Assembly (NCBI GenBank): GCA_040954595.2
Contig: CM082577.2
Location: 10,770,537-10,834,536, forward strand
Length of the DNA: 64,000 bases
Direction: 5' to 3'
From: Balanoglossus misakiensis
Lineage: Eukaryota; Animalia; Hemichordata
The notes beneath the pieces were generated by a model, which saw nothing but the letters and a program-made list of their open reading frames with translations, was not told where the DNA came from and ran no database searches. A program made the translations under genes and the position numbers. Below are positions 48,664-63,648 of this stretch, piece after piece. Each line of letters starts with the position of its first letter. The first letter of the stretch is position 1.

Positions 48664-51600
48664 CTGCGTCGTCGTTGTCCAAGCAACGTGGACAACGTAC
48701 TTGTTTATATGACGGTCAAATGGATCAGTGTTTAAGATAGGGCGGTTTTGTGTTGCTGTATCAGAGTGTATGTTTCGCAGAACGATAGTTGAAAACAGTG
48801 TGTTCGGGAATATACGTCGTAAAACCTGTTTGTTAGTATAAGTAATATATCTGACAGAAAACAAATAATGTGCCGTCAGAGTGCCCTCAGGCGGCGCACA
48901 GCGTACAGGGGAAATCCCCTAGTTGACCTGTAATGATAAGTATCAGCTTTGTATACTTGTGCACTGCGATCACAACTCTTGAATCAAACTCCCACCTTCA
49001 CCAACTCTTCTCGTAACGCACATATTCCGCCTGTTTTATTATTATCTGGGGAGGGGGCAGGTTGGGCATCGGGATAACAATATATAACATATTTCTGTTA
49101 TGTTAATATACGATATTATATGGTGTGAGGTGAGATAAGCATTACGCAGGACCGCGCGCTCCGGGCGACCTTACCATCATCTGTCCGGCCATTTTGATAG
49201 ACTTCGTAAAATCCATGTGTAGGAGAAAACCGGTTTCCATTTGCAGTATGATTACTGCATCAAATCAGACGCCTTCCCCAACATCTTCAGTGATATCACT
49301 TATTTAATCACCAAAGTGTCATAAATAACAAGTAGTTCAACGTCATTACTTAGGTACCAGCATTATCAATGGCCAACTTCGTGAATATTCAAGTCCAGAC
49401 CATGACTGAATCCACGAAATGCGACTCCAACCCTGACAGACACAGACCAATAACCGCCTCACCCTATCTTCAACGCACGTATAACACACAAACTTATTAC
49501 ACGAAATGAAATACCACAAACGCTAACAGAATGTACCATGGTGTATTAGGTCGTTAGTGTAGTTTACTCATTGATGACGTGTATGTATTGTCGTGGTACA
49601 GATCGGCTGTACGCTTAACTGGTACTACAGCAATGGGTTGAGTTGGGTTGAAGTGCACCATCGTTTGAAACGAGTTTGATTTTGCTTTAGTTGGTCCCAG
49701 ATTACTTTTGAGACTGTCCTACAGATTTCATACAGAGATAGTTACCCAGTTAGGTCACAGACAAGCAGGAATATTCCCCCGCTAAGATCGAGATTCATAT
49801 CACCCCAAGGAATAGGATTTTGAGGGACGCATTTTGGTATGTGTACTGGTAGACTATAGAAATCGCAACCATCGAAACAATCGTGTCACTGCCCTGAAAT
49901 CAAATTCTGCAAAATCATCAAGGCGGCTAGCTGTTTCCAGTGTCCTAGCTCTACAGTATAACTATGCAGCATAGTTCACGGTTTATCGGCGTTCTATCGA
50001 TCTGTATGATAATGTCTGTCGGATAATGCATCAGTACAAATAATGTTAACTATACAATGACGATGGGACGTCATTACGATAAGCAGTGTTGGCGGTAACC
50101 GGGACAACAGGAACACGCGTCGCCCAAAGTTCAGGTGTTAACAGCATATTAACATTTCCTCTTGGCTGGTATGTCTGTACGCACGTCGATATACATACGT
50201 AGAGTTAACACAGAGATCGGCGGTCACTGAAACACGAGCTGTTATAAACTATGCTCGGTGACACAGAATTTTGGTCTCGGCTTTAAGAGAAAATACATTA
50301 AATTTGTCGTGAGAAAAATGCGAGAAACATTTTAATACTTTGATCTAACAGGTCCGTACTACTACAATAAGGCCACAGCACAATCGTAAGCGTTTTGATG
50401 CTCACTGACAAAATACCAACTCAGTTAGCATTGACATTCCATTACTGCACGTTACTGCTGTGGAACTTGGTGACTCCAAATTTGAACCAACCAGCATATT
50501 TTGATAACGGTTGCTTTAATTAATTTTAAAGAACTATTAGCTTTGTGTAATCGCCTAAGCCATTTCCCCTCTTTTCGTGTGTGCGTCGGTGGATGAAAAT
50601 TGTCTGAATTGTATTCATTTTTTTCCATATTCAAATACGCTGGAATTAGTTGCATGATGTATGTGATCCAAGAATTAAACATATCCAGCAAGATTAAGCA
50701 TATTTCCAATTACAAATGACTGTCTAAACCGATTTAGCCACGTGACCATTCATTGGAAGGTCATAGGAATCAACATGGTGGTAAGCTTATAGCGTGGGTT
50801 GATATTTGAGCACGGTTTTGGGGTAGACTCTCTCACAGCTGAAGGTTCGCTACGAAGCTCTTCATTGACGCACCCTCAACCGTTTAGCGAAGGAAAAGCA
50901 CCGTGTAGCGAACCTGTCGTCCGCTTTCGCACATTCAACATGATAAATTCTGCGCAGGCGGCGAGAAGGACCGTGAAGAGAGTCTAGGTTTGGGAACATG
51001 TCCCTCAGGCTACCACTATAAGGTCATGGACCTGTCTACTCAGATCAATATACAAATGTAATTGATTTTTTTAAAACGTTTATCTTGTCATTTATAGGTG
51101 GTACATATCTAATAGTTCTGAACTAATCTGATTCACCCTAGCCATCGCGTGGAGGGGGGGGGGGTAAACTAAGCTATGTCATGTATATTATCCTGAAACA
51201 GTTTATTTTCTTTAAATTCACGCCACTTGTTTGCATATAAAACATAACTATTTCACCTCGAGGGTTAAACGCTTCTATAGATAATAACTGCTGAGAACAT
51301 TTTGTTCTATTCATTATCATATCTGTTCAACCAAGCTGAAAATTCATCCCCAGTTTGGCTGACCTCGTGAGTTTCAGGGCACGGTGATTGTTCTAGATGT
51401 GTTTATGATCTCTGCGATCGATGGATATTGTATCTGGTTGATATTTTCATCTGATGATTAGAAATCAAATTATTCAGGTGAGACGATCCATTCGTGGGTG
51501 TCCTGCATTTATACGGCTAGTAAAACAATGCTTCAGTGCAATTGCCACGGTAAACACGATAAGCCAACAATTATTTATTCTACTGATCACGCGAGCTTGC

Positions 51601-54037
51601 ATGATATCTTTATATTTGCGCATGTGTTTTTTTTTCTCCTTCACAATATATGACGTGCTTGAACCACACCTTGTTCCCACTTGTCCTAAACACAATGTGT
51701 CCTAAATGACACAGGGTCACGGTCAAGGTCAGGTCGAATTTAAACACTTCTTCTCAACGCATCATTTTTCATTGCTGGAAATTTCAAGTTTTGCAATGAA
51801 TGAACCTCGGTCATCAAACCTCCACCAGTTATTAAATCACACCTTCCCACTAGCAGCTGAGACATTCAAAACACATTGGGATACCGGCGAGCCCTGTGTG
51901 TTCGCTCTCATAGGTCCTTGGTCAAGTCGTTGTCTTTTTATTCAGTTTGCCAATTTGTGCACGAACTTTAAATGAGATGCTCGGGTCTACAGCATGGGAC
52001 GCTTAAAGGCGCGTTAGAAAGCTATCGTCCCAACCATTTTACTTGCAAAATAATCAAACAATTGTAAGTTGATTAACTATATCATGCTTTTCATGTTATG
52101 ATTGACAACACTCCGTCCGTAAAACCAACTTAGATTTAATAAAATGCGAGAATGTGACGTCTATGTGTACCGTACATTATATTTTTTTTTCGAAATTGTA
52201 ACATTTTTTTGTTTCAGTGATAATATTTGTGGATTTCTCACCATTACATTCATTGTTTTTCCTCGATGTGATTGGTCAACTGATAATTCGCTTGGGGTGT
52301 GGTCCGTGACCCAGACGACCTCGAAACTTCCAGTGGAAATGTCACGTTAATTATTGGTTATATGGTTATACACATGTCAGGCTTATGTCTTTCAGAAAAT
52401 AGCTGAAGAAGCTACCGTTGTCAACAGAAACGGACCAGATGTGCGCTGAATAAGCCCCCGTGCTTGGACCCTTGTTCCATTATATTAATTACTCATATAT
52501 ACAAGTGTACAATCTGGTTGACAATTCAGTTGTCTGTCGGATCAATATCTGCTGTGGAACGATTAATCTGTTGGTCCAAATATTCCCACGCTTCTTGATA
52601 CTAGTCGTGACATTGATCTTTGTGCATTAAAAATCTGTAAGCTCTTTTACCCAACTGATTGAAAGGAGTACCAAGGCAAAATTTCAGAGGGAAGGCTTTA
52701 TTTCTGTAGTTATCGCCAGTCGTTGCTCGAAAACAACAACCACCAATTTGAAATAATAATCCACATTATATTGATTAAAGACCCGAACATTTTACCTTGG
52801 CCTGGTAAACTAAAAAAGCTATATGTTCTACGGCCACCTGGCCCATGTATCCATAGATGTAGACAGTGTCGTATACTTAAGCTGAATACCCTAATATATT
52901 CGACACGAAAAGGAGCAAAACTATAGGCGCCTTGTAGCAATTAAAATGATAGCAATTAAAATGACATTTTGATGTGATCTACTTATTGGTTTTCTCGTGT
53001 ATGTAGGCGACGTGGGAAAGAATTGCTTTACAGTAACACCTGGATATCATCTGTCATTGGCGGTCAGTACAATGCTAGCGGTACCTGGGTCGACGTCAAA
53101 GTTCGATGATCATTTATCAATAGCGTATTTACATTTCTTCTTGGTTTGTACATCTAAAACAACAGTGGGTAAGGGTATCGCGATAAAACACGGTCATATT
53201 AGCTACATTATGCACCTGGACGAATTTCAATGTGAATCACTGACAACGATTTTACGCCTTTAATAATCTGTGAGAATACATCAGGGTGCTTGAACTCAGG
53301 AAAATGTTACTGGACATGAATGAGTAGGCATTCAAACTTGAAAATTGGGCAACAGTAGGATTTATTTCCTTTTTCCGTCTTCCATGTTTGATTTGGATTC
53401 AACTTTTAACCCCGGAAGGAGCACGTAAATATTCTTTATGATAAAACGGGTTTCATGTCAATATATGACGTTGGCTATTTGTATCTCTTTCAACACCCTA
53501 TGACAGTTTGGCATGGTGCCCACAGATGGAAAAGCTTTATATTTGGATGTTCTGTCGTACATAGATTCATTGGCCTTTGAATAGTCAGAGCGGCATTTCA
53601 GACCCCAGGGGAGGGTAAGTTACTGTAAACTTTATATCATTAAAACATTCCCGTGCAAAATACAATTTTCTAATTTCGTCGACATGTTAATTTGTCAGAA
53701 TTTTTTTTAATTTTTTTCATCCATTCTTGTAATCAGAACGAGTCATAGTCACAAAATCAGAAAAAATTCGAAATGTCATTAGCTTTTCCTTCTAACACAT
53801 TGTTTCGGATAATTCACTGAGTTGTGGGTACAGGACCTCAATTCCTCTCTGCGCTGCTACATCAGCAAATCCCCAAAACGACAACTCCGCTCTCATCAGA
53901 TTCAAGACTCAACATTCCAAGAGTTTCCACATAGACCTTTGGTGAGAGATCGTTCACATATATTATTGGAATTTCTTTTAGTCCCTAATTATTGGAATTT
54001 CTTTGTCACGCTTATATTTATAGGTTCATTTGCAGTA

Positions 54038-54976
54038 ATGACCGGAAACATTATTGTTATTGCGACTATAGGCCTAAACATCATATGTAGTTTCTGGAGC
54101 GTAGACGCCGGTAAGAGTTTTTGTTACTTCAGATAATATTCCCGGAATTAAAACATTCATGTTTCCTTACTTTCGGATTCTGAAAAGTTGTAGTAACATA
54201 AATGTTACTTAAACAATGATATATACATGTAGTTTTGTCAATGCCAGTGAATTTGAACACGTCAAAAATAAAAACCCCGAGTAGTAAGCCTTTTGAGTCA
54301 GCAGCGTCAACCATAGCCTTGAATCCGAAAACACGTACTTGTACACTGTTTACCCAACTGGCATAGTCTGGTATCCAGGCCCAAGTGTGTTTTAGATTGA
54401 CTCAAACACAGGGTCTGGAGACGCAGTCCACTATCGTCGATTCACAATTTTGCATGTCAATAGTCTAAGAACTCCAAATGCGATGCCTCGGCAATGAGGT
54501 CACCACATGATCTTGACTCTGACGTCGTTCATGTCAATCACCACTCGCTACACACTACTGATTGGCCGCAGCAATGACCCGGGCGATGATAATACATTAC
54601 TTAGCAACGTTTGTTCCATGGTAACGAATATGAAGTTTGTCAAATCTTGCCGGGGTAGGATACAATGGTTAGTCAGTGTACGCCTTGGAAAATTGTTTTA
54701 GTCAACACCAAGGAAGCGAGCCGTGTTGAAAACAGCGAATTACGCATAGTTGTGAGTTGTTCATTTCGGTCGAGGCGGGAAGACAAAATACGTTATCATT
54801 TATTTTACCCCTAGCTTTTCCCATTTCTTTATAACTACCATTATTTTTTCAAAACTGTTTACATTATAGTTTTTAGGCCACATAACAATGCGAAATATTA
54901 ATCTCGGACGATGACGTCACAAAGTGAACTGGTATTGACATAACAAATTGAAGTATATTATCCTACTATACTATAT

Positions 54977-55019
<43 letters not shown>

Positions 55020-58000
55020 TTCATTCATTCATTCGTTCATTCATTCATTCATTCATTCATTCATTCATTCATTCATTCATTCATTCATTCATTCATTCAT
55101 TCATTCATTCATTCATTCATTCATTCATTCATTCATTCTTGGTTGTTCGATAAACTGGTCGGTTGGTGAATGAATGAATGAATGAATGAATTATTATTTA
55201 ATTGGTTGGTTGGTTGGTTGGTTCATTGATTGATAGATTGATAGATTTATTTATTTTTTTCAGTCTGTAAACCAGGTTGGAAGCTTTATTCGGGTTATTG
55301 TTACTACTTCTCCACTCCTCAACTCAACTGGGAGGATGCACGGGACGAATGCCGTAGTAGTGATAGTCATTCTGATCTTGCTAGCGTACATGGAAGCGGA
55401 GAAAATGTAAGGGGAAAATTAACGGCATCATAGTCTAGTCAATCTACGAGATTTGGGAACCTAACCCACCACAAATTACAACTTACAGAGTTTTTTTTCT
55501 TCACGATGCATTTTGGAGTGGTGCCTAGAACAACATATTAAGCATGCACCAGAATCCACCTTGTGGAAATATGTCTAATTAGCATAAATCCAATGTCGGA
55601 GATTTTTTGGCCATATATTAAGAAATAAACATGCTTTTTTCGTGATTTAAAAGTTTAAAACTATTTCATTGGCATAACGAACCATTTTGGAATAATATTG
55701 AACATGGGCAAATAGTTCCAGTTGTGTCATAACTATGTAAGAAGTTAAACCGATACATCTTTTCAGAATTCAATTTATAAATCGTTCAATATATTTTCAG
55801 AGCTGGATGCACTCGAACGTGAACGGGCATTCGTTCATAGGATTCAATGATAGAAGCAGTGAACGTAATTTTGTCTGGAGTGATGGATCACAAGTCGATT
55901 ACACGTAAGCTATAACTATTTATATCTACATGTACCAAGTTGTGTCCATTCTCCCAATAGATAGATGATACAGCGAAATACTCTCTCATTTTGAATTCGC
56001 ATATTGTAATATACTGTTAGAAATATATTTTTGTTTACTCGTGATTCAAAACAACAATATTTTCGTAAAGATACTATTAAGAATATTATTTATTTATTTC
56101 AGTAATTGGGACCCAACTCAACCTAGTGACGGTGGTTTGTTTGGAAATGAAGACTGCGCGCTTCTGGAGAGTGGCGCTGGATTGTGGAATGATGTAGAGT
56201 GTTCCGGCGGTCGCAATTATATATGCAAGAGAGAGAGTGGTAAACTACCTTGTGGTTATGCCATTTCACCTTCGAAAAATAATCTTTCCAGTTTATGTTA
56301 ATTTGGCTGAATTCAAGTGCATATTTCCGCGCTTATTTCGACCATAAGCACAGTGATAGTTGCAAAATAATTATGATATTGATCTGCACGTGCTGTCGCT
56401 CTGGTCTCTGTAGCCGCATCTTGCATTGATAAAACACAGCGGCTATATGTGAACCCAATTCACGGAGACAGCCGACTTCTGTGCTTACAGTGGACGTACA
56501 TGTAAACGCATACTCGTTAGACAGACAGTACACATCAAGGAGTACGAAGATTATGCTAAATGTCATCCATTTTCTCTCTGCCGTCGATATTTTATTCCAG
56601 ATGTGTACTGTGATCCAGACCCTTGTGAAAACAATGGAATATGTGACGATTGTTGGGATGAAAGCTGTAGCAGTTCCACGTATTACTGCGACTGTAATTA
56701 TATACCGTACTATGGGACACGTTGCCAGCACGGTAAGACAGTGCGTTATTGGTAAATAATTTATTGGCTTAGAATTATCTGGCAAGACAGATGAAGACTG
56801 TATCGATATACAATTTGTTTTTTTTATACGCCATGTCCGCTTTTGCAACAAAGAGTGCATTTCAGCAGTTACTCAGGCTCATTTCTTGTGGATTTTGCTC
56901 ATCAACATTTTGCAGAGCCATCCACGGTATAAATTGGAAGCACAAAAAACAATATCAGTAATTTTTTCAGCAATGCACTTCCAAAGCAAAGCATGAAAAG
57001 TGTGTAAGCTCTTCTTTTGAGAAATATTAACAGTTTAAAAAAAGAAATCCCAGATAAGTGAGCGGTTGTTTAGTGCCTTAAAGCGCGTAGCTCGTCCACA
57101 CGCATGTTCCAACTGTAGCCGCTGGTTACAGACGTTTAGTGAACAGTCAATCCCATAAGGCAGTGCTCACACAAGATGGCGGCGACCACAATCTGTGTCG
57201 GAGATCGGGAAAAGACACCAGCTTGAGTGAAAAGGAGGGACAAAACCAGAATCTACTTATACGGTGCGCATGAAATATGGAAGGAAGCGAAGGCAGTCTA
57301 CTATTTGAATGCATCGAACGGAAAAATTGCTGGGAAGTTGCGCGCATGCGCGTGAGACGAGCTACCTGCTTTAAGTTTATTCAATTACTATATCGAGGCA
57401 TCGCATTCGGTAAATCAAGTCTATGCATGTTTGTTCTCATTTCAGCATGCACTCCGATTGAGCATTGTAGTGAAATTGCATGCTCAAGCAGCAATGACCA
57501 AACGTGCACCGGAGAATGTGATTACAACTACGGATGCCCTGACTCAAAAGATTGGACAACATGTGAAAGAGCCTATGATTTGGTGGACAAGAATGGATAC
57601 ACGGATCGGTATTGCAGACGTGAGCGAACTCCTAATTTCATTAAAGGCACATAAGCTGCAACTTTTGGGATAATTATCATAATATTTTTTTCAAACTGTA
57701 CTACCATTAGCCCATGCAGATGTAGGTATTGAACTCAGTATTATACACGTCACCATAAACATAAGTGCATATGCAAGTTTTAACCAGGTAACGATGTTGA
57801 ACAAACCCATACTCGTTTACGTTTCCCTTTTCAGCTCGATGTTCATGGAGAAGTGACAGTACACCTTGTTATCCTGGAACCTGTCCAGATGCCGCAGACA
57901 CGTGTCAGTGTGCAGATGGATACAGCAATTCAGACTGTCAGAAAAGTAAGCTACGCTCTGGCCTTACTATCAAAGCTGTTTACCATTGCCATGCTGTTAT

Positions 58001-60532
58001 TTCCAAGTAGTAATATGTTTGGAATGTTTGTCGAAATACATACAAGCCTACAACATAATGTGCTTCAGCGCCAACTTTCTGCATGCTAATTAAATAAAGA
58101 TAGCTTACATGGCTTAGATGCCGTTTTCGCTTGACGTACGATCGCTAACTAAAAATAATAAAGTATGGGTCCGTAACACTTTAAATTTATTATTTAGACG
58201 GAAAAAGTTATAACTGTCTATCAAGAATCACTAAAGCCGACATTTACCTTCATTGTTTTAACAAAGATCGCTCACAACCATATTTATTCCACAATAGGTG
58301 TAATATAAGATCGCGATTAACAGAAAGGTTGTGTTATTTCGCAGTTATTTCAGATCCCGAGTGGCTAGATTGCCTTGCTACATTAGTAGAAGATGCCAGC
58401 GGTATGAGAACGCCGTTGATAGATTTGGAATGTCTTAATGATAATACAACGTTTATTGGAAAGAACCATGCACCCAATTTAAATGTCATAGAAGTTGATT
58501 GGAACTCCATGTTTTATGGTCCGAGCAGTACCGACTATCCACCAGCTCATTATGTAAGTGATTTCAGCGTTGGAATCACTGATGCATCTTTTACTTGGGA
58601 GCACAAAAGAGGTAAATTTTTCAGATATCGATGCAAAATGATTTGCATTTGTGTGCTTGTTTATAGATGGATGTGGATAAAATAGATCATAATGTTGATA
58701 TTTAATAATGTTTTATCTGCCTTAGTAAACAGTCATGTGCGTTACATAATAATTTCTTATTACAAAATAAATTTTCCGTTAAAGAAACACTGTACATCTA
58801 GTTATGAAGACACATTTTGCTTTCACGAAGCATATATCAACAGTGTAAACTAGTTCCACGTTGGATATACATTTATATTTGTTGTGGAGCTCGAACAAGA
58901 GAAATATGGACGAAAGGGCGTTTGTAAATCTCCAAATGACCATGTGGTGGCGCCAACCACTGAAAATCTAGCTGTGTTTGGCTTTATTTGAATTGTCCAT
59001 TGGACAAACGTTAAAGGGGACAGTATACCTCTAATTTGAGCTCAAATTAATTAATAACAGCTTGCGATTCTCACTTTTGCTGGTAGGCAGTAACAGGATT
59101 GCAACGAAAACTGTACAATGTTCACTTCCGTTTAATGAAGATAACCCGAACAAAGGAATGCACGATTGTTCAGAAAGTGACGACTTTGATGGCACCAGTC
59201 TTGATAATGGGGACAGGTAAATCTTCTTAGTTGGTGTGCTCTTATCGACTGATCTAGGGGAATTTGTTTTCGATAGTAGGAAGTGCACTAAATGTAATAA
59301 CATTCACCGTAAAGATTGACTAGTGTCACCAGCCATCGCCATGCAACAGCAACAATTTCATGGGACACAGGACAAACACATAGCCCGTATTGTTAAACGG
59401 CACAAATGTGACACTCTTTGTTAATGTCTGCACCTAATGTAGTTTCATGTAAAGCTTGATTTGTATTACCTGGCTAGCAACCCATAGTGAATGTAATTTT
59501 CCAAATCTCGCGAGATCCCGCAATGAGTGAGAAATCAGCTATTGTCTCTTCATAATGCACACAGGTTAATAGTAACAGCACGTGCGAGCAATGGCGGCTA
59601 CATCGATATAGAAAACAAGGACAATGGGAATGCAAATAACTGGTATGACATCACACATCACTACAGCGGTAAAGTGATTGAACGCTCGGCAGAGTTCATA
59701 GTGGATTTATTAGAACCCCACCACTGCTCAGTTTCAACAAATTGTCAAGAGAGTCTACTCAACATAGAAGACGTATACACAAAAGACGTAAGTCTATACA
59801 ATGAAGCAGGTCTATCTTGAGCAACAAATCTTAAAAGGGCCATAGTTCATTCAAGATAAGTTTCCTTTTCCTCTTTACCAAACTAACGTGAAATTAAGTC
59901 TAATTTTCTAACGTTTAAAAAATGAAACTTGCTAAAAAGTAGTGAATTTTCATTTGCAAACACTTTCGTTTCCATTGCTTCATTGTGGTGTCTCTGCAAT
60001 TTTACAGGGTAATATTACAGTAACGTGGTCGGGATGGCAGGATGATGGGTCGGGAATCAAACAATATGAATGGAATGTTATCAAGTTGAAAAGTAAAGGT
60101 GCACAGCTCGACTATTCCGATACAGCTACAGGCAGCGGTATCGAGGACGCGACTTCGACTGGGTTTGTTTCAACAGTTTCAGAAACAGGTCAGGACGTAG
60201 TGACATCACATTATTATAATAGACTTACGTTTGTCTATTTATTTATTTATGTATGTATGTATGTATGTATGTATGTATGTATGTATGTATGTATGTATGT
60301 ATGTATGTATGTATGTATGTATGTATGTATGTATGTATGTATGTATGTATGTATGTATGTATGTATGTATGTATGTATGTATGTATGTATGTATGTATGT
60401 ATGTATGTATGTATGTATGTATGTATGTATGTATGTATGTATGTATGTATGTCTGTGTGTGTGTGCGTTTGTTTGTTTGTTTGTTTGTTTGTTTGTTTGT
60501 TTGTTTGTTTGTTTGTTTGTTTGTTTGTTTGT

Positions 60533-60579
<47 letters not shown>

Positions 60580-63500
60580 CTTATTTATTTATTTATTTAT
60601 TTATTTATTGTCGGGCATATTTATCAAACCGCGGACATTGCAGAAGCCCTTAAATGTTATAGAAAATCTCAATGAATGGACAAATTGTGAAAATTCGAAG
60701 TAAAGTAAGCCACGCGCATTTGTTGTGTTTTTTCAAATGCTTTTGTAACATTTACAAGTTCAAATTGAACACAATATCAAGCCCTACCTCGTTCTGTTTA
60801 ATTGCTCTATACTTTCCTTCCCATGAAATCATTTACTGGAGAAATTTGAGTGTGGCTTACGAGCAGACCAGTCCACATGGTTCATAAGATCTGACCAGCA
60901 GCTGGTGGTTTTCGAAGCATAATTAATAACCTTTTTTTTATTTTCTTACGTACTAAATATCAACTGTCTTTGCGACGTCTTTTCATTATTTACTATGTCT
61001 CATGTTCTATCTCTTTGTGCACATTCATCGAACAGGTGTATACTGTGTACTTCTAATTGTTGACGACTCTACCGGCAATTATCAGAGGGCCCGAAGATTC
61101 TTCACATTTGACAGTGCAAATTCTGTTGAAATACATGAAAATGATCCCATCCAGGTTACCGATTCCACCACAAATGAAGCAACTGGGAATATTTGGGTAA
61201 CAAACCTCCAAGACGCGACTGGAAATGGAGAGCAAGTAAGGTCATATTAATTGAGAAAGTGCTCGATGCAATATTTTCTGCAGAGAGGTTTTGGATCAAA
61301 GTTTTTGTGGAGCTCACCCACCCACTCACTCACTCTCTCTCTCTCCGTGTAGATACACGTGACTTGGTATGGCCACTTTTCAAACGAATATCATGACATG
61401 AACAATTTCCTTGCTTCCATCGCCCAACACTCCCCTCCCATCTCTGAGCCGTACGAAGAAAAGGAGGGGCAACCTCCAACGAACAGGTCAATAGAAGCAA
61501 TCCCTCAAGTCAATGGAATTGTCAAAACCATGACGGCATTTTCTGTCGACCACGAGGGTGGAGAGTCTATACGTGATCCGCCTGAATACAATCTCTGGGA
61601 AAATGTAGCGGGATTTCCGGTGAGTACGGGAAAGTGGTAACCAGTATATGACCATGCTAATTTCAAGGGCTTTTCAAAAAAATTTAAGTCCCCTGCTCTA
61701 AATTATTGTACATTATTTAACACATGATTGCTTAGTTTTGGAGATATTATTTTACATAAACTGGCTATAATTATGAACCGTGTCCAGTCGCAAAACCAAT
61801 AAACGGTACGTTAACGCAAAGTAACATAAATTTGCATATTGTAATATATTTTTTTCTTGGGGAAAGCCATTATATCTGTTTTTGTTTATAAAATGTTGCC
61901 ATTTTATCATTTTAATATTTAACTTTCCGAGTTTAATGGCAGTGATAATAACCATTTCGTTATTTCCTTGTTGATACTAATAATATTATGGATTTATCTC
62001 AGACTGAAGACCAGTACTATGATATAGAACGCGAAGATGGCGATTCGGTACGAATATGGATAAAGTCGTTCGATGTAATGAACAACACTGCGACTGATGA
62101 AATCCTCATTCACGTCGATTCAAGTCCTCCTGTGATTATTGATCTCTGGCTCTCAAAAGACGGCGTCAATCAGTTAGCTGTGCACAACCGAGAAGAACTC
62201 TATGAAATGGAGTGAGAAGAATATTTTACTTATTTTACTTGCCGCTTGCATTTTCTCTTTCACCGTGGCCACTATTAGACATAGACTTGAGCAATGTCAT
62301 TATAGTGTTCATTTACGTTGACTTTCTCATCATTCGAGCGCATACCAGAAGCACAACTAACATTACAGAAATTTTCTCTTCCTTTTAGGCATCTTCCCTG
62401 ACCCCTGTGACCTTTACATCCTGGCATTTTGTTGCTAGGTGTTTACCGTTTTGTGTTTACACTCTCGAATAGCCAACCGTGTGTGTATTTTAACTTATCC
62501 TAGAACAAAAACATGAGTTTGTTTCTGTTCCAAACGGGTGAATGTTGTTCATAGCTTTGAGTGATGTAGCATACCACACCCATGCACCAAAATTCAAAGA
62601 TGTAAGTTCACTCAGGGGTCATGAAAGTGGCCTACTGTGTGTGTCCAACACACGACGTCCCTATCCATCTTATTTTTGTCCGAACAGGATCATCTTTAAA
62701 GCGTATGATCAACACAGTGGCTTGCATAGGCTGCGATGGACCATACACGACATGGTAGACAGTTCAAATATTCTCGGTGATGGCACCATAGCAGTCGTGA
62801 GCATTGAGGTATAATTAATGGAATTCTTTGGTATATACTGCTGTACGCGCTGTGCTGGTAAACATTATCATGAAGGTGTGAATTACAGTCCAGGGTATAC
62901 TTAAAGTGAAACCGAAATCTGAGGGGGGAGGGGGATGCATGTTTCTATCTTTTCTATGTGGACAAGTTTCGGTTTCTATGAGTAACGAAGTCTTGAAGCC
63001 ATAAATGCCGAAGATGCATTTCGATCGCTCCGCCGTTTTTTTTTAGTTTCGCGACCAATTTTGTCTTTCATTTACAGCCACACAACTGTTCGACGCCAAC
63101 CTGTTTGTGCATCCCTAAGGGTGATTGTTATTTGACCGAATACACGATTGATTTGGATGCCAGTAACTTCAACACAAGTGGAACGCATGACCATGACTAC
63201 ATCATTACAGTTACTGCCGAAAATGACGCCAAGATGACAGCATATCAGGAATTACAGGTAATTGATTGAGGAGTATATTGATATGTTAATTTTATAGACC
63301 TGCCCTTGCTTGCGTGTAACTATGGAAATTCCAAGGGCTCCATTCGCAAATTACCAAACTTTGATGTTCAGAATTATATTTCCGTTTTCATCAATTTCAT
63401 AAGAATACCGTTCACAGAAATTATTCTCTCTCCAAAAGGTGACCATAGACACTAGTGCTCCAGAGACCGGTTTCGTTCATGAAGGGTTCAAGGGTCAACC

Positions 63501-63648
63501 GGACATAGACTATCAGCAGGACCTGACAATTCAAGCATGGTGGGAAGGTTTCTTTGACAGAGAAAGTGGAACCTTGATGTATGTTTATGTCTTTGGTGAA
63601 GAATGTTTTGATGACGTCAGTGGCATTACCTTTCCGACCAGTTACCCT
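54038..63648 (+). CDS. Large secreted multidomain protein: signal peptide, C-type lectin, EGF-like/Cys-rich, then repeated FN3/Ig-like modules; continues beyond window
   Basis: 17 phase-consistent exons: 54038-54110, 55264-55406, 55801-55904, 56103-56239, 56601-56732, 57446-57619, 57835-57945, 58345-58611, 59087-59216, 59565-59787, 60008-60188, 61036-61235, 61353-61619, 62003-62211, 62688-62808, 63078-63257, 63439-63648 (954 codons). MTGNIIVIATIGLNIICSFWSVDA signal; CKPGW..CYYF..W.DARDEC...FIG..F.WSDG..YTNW...QPS...EDC...WND..C...YICK; EGF CDPDPCENNGIC; WSGWQDDGSGI, VDSSPP, DTSAPETG...DIDYQ...WEGFFDRESG. A probable 5' non-coding exon ends at donor 53614/gtaagt. Confidence 0.88.
54974..55138. 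repeat. Compound (ATTT)n(ATTC)n microsatellite, intronic
   Basis: Directly visible. Confidence 0.96.
57082..57370. mobile_element. TTAA-flanked MITE (Kolobok-like)
   Basis: ttaa|AGCGCGTAGCTCGTC ... GACGAGCTACCTGCT|ttaa. Confidence 0.65.
57645..57788 (-). mobile_element. Truncated end of the TIR family at 36920-37416, in an intron of the lectin gene
   Basis: ttaa|AGGCACATAAGCTGCAACTTTTGGGATAATTATCAT...CAAACTGTACTACCATTAG...TGCATATGCAAGTTTTAACCAG is the reverse complement of ~37282-37416. Confidence 0.75.
60236..60609. repeat. Compound (TATG)n(GTTT)n(ATTT)n microsatellite, intronic
   Basis: Directly visible. Confidence 0.97.

Noticed and set aside
52007-53259. Possible TTAA-flanked TIR element
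   Set aside because: Only ~5 bp of terminal inverted match (AGGCG), too weak to call.
60189-60703. MYVC/LFVC/LFIY repeat ORFs
   Set aside because: Intronic compound microsatellite; the real exon ends at 60188.
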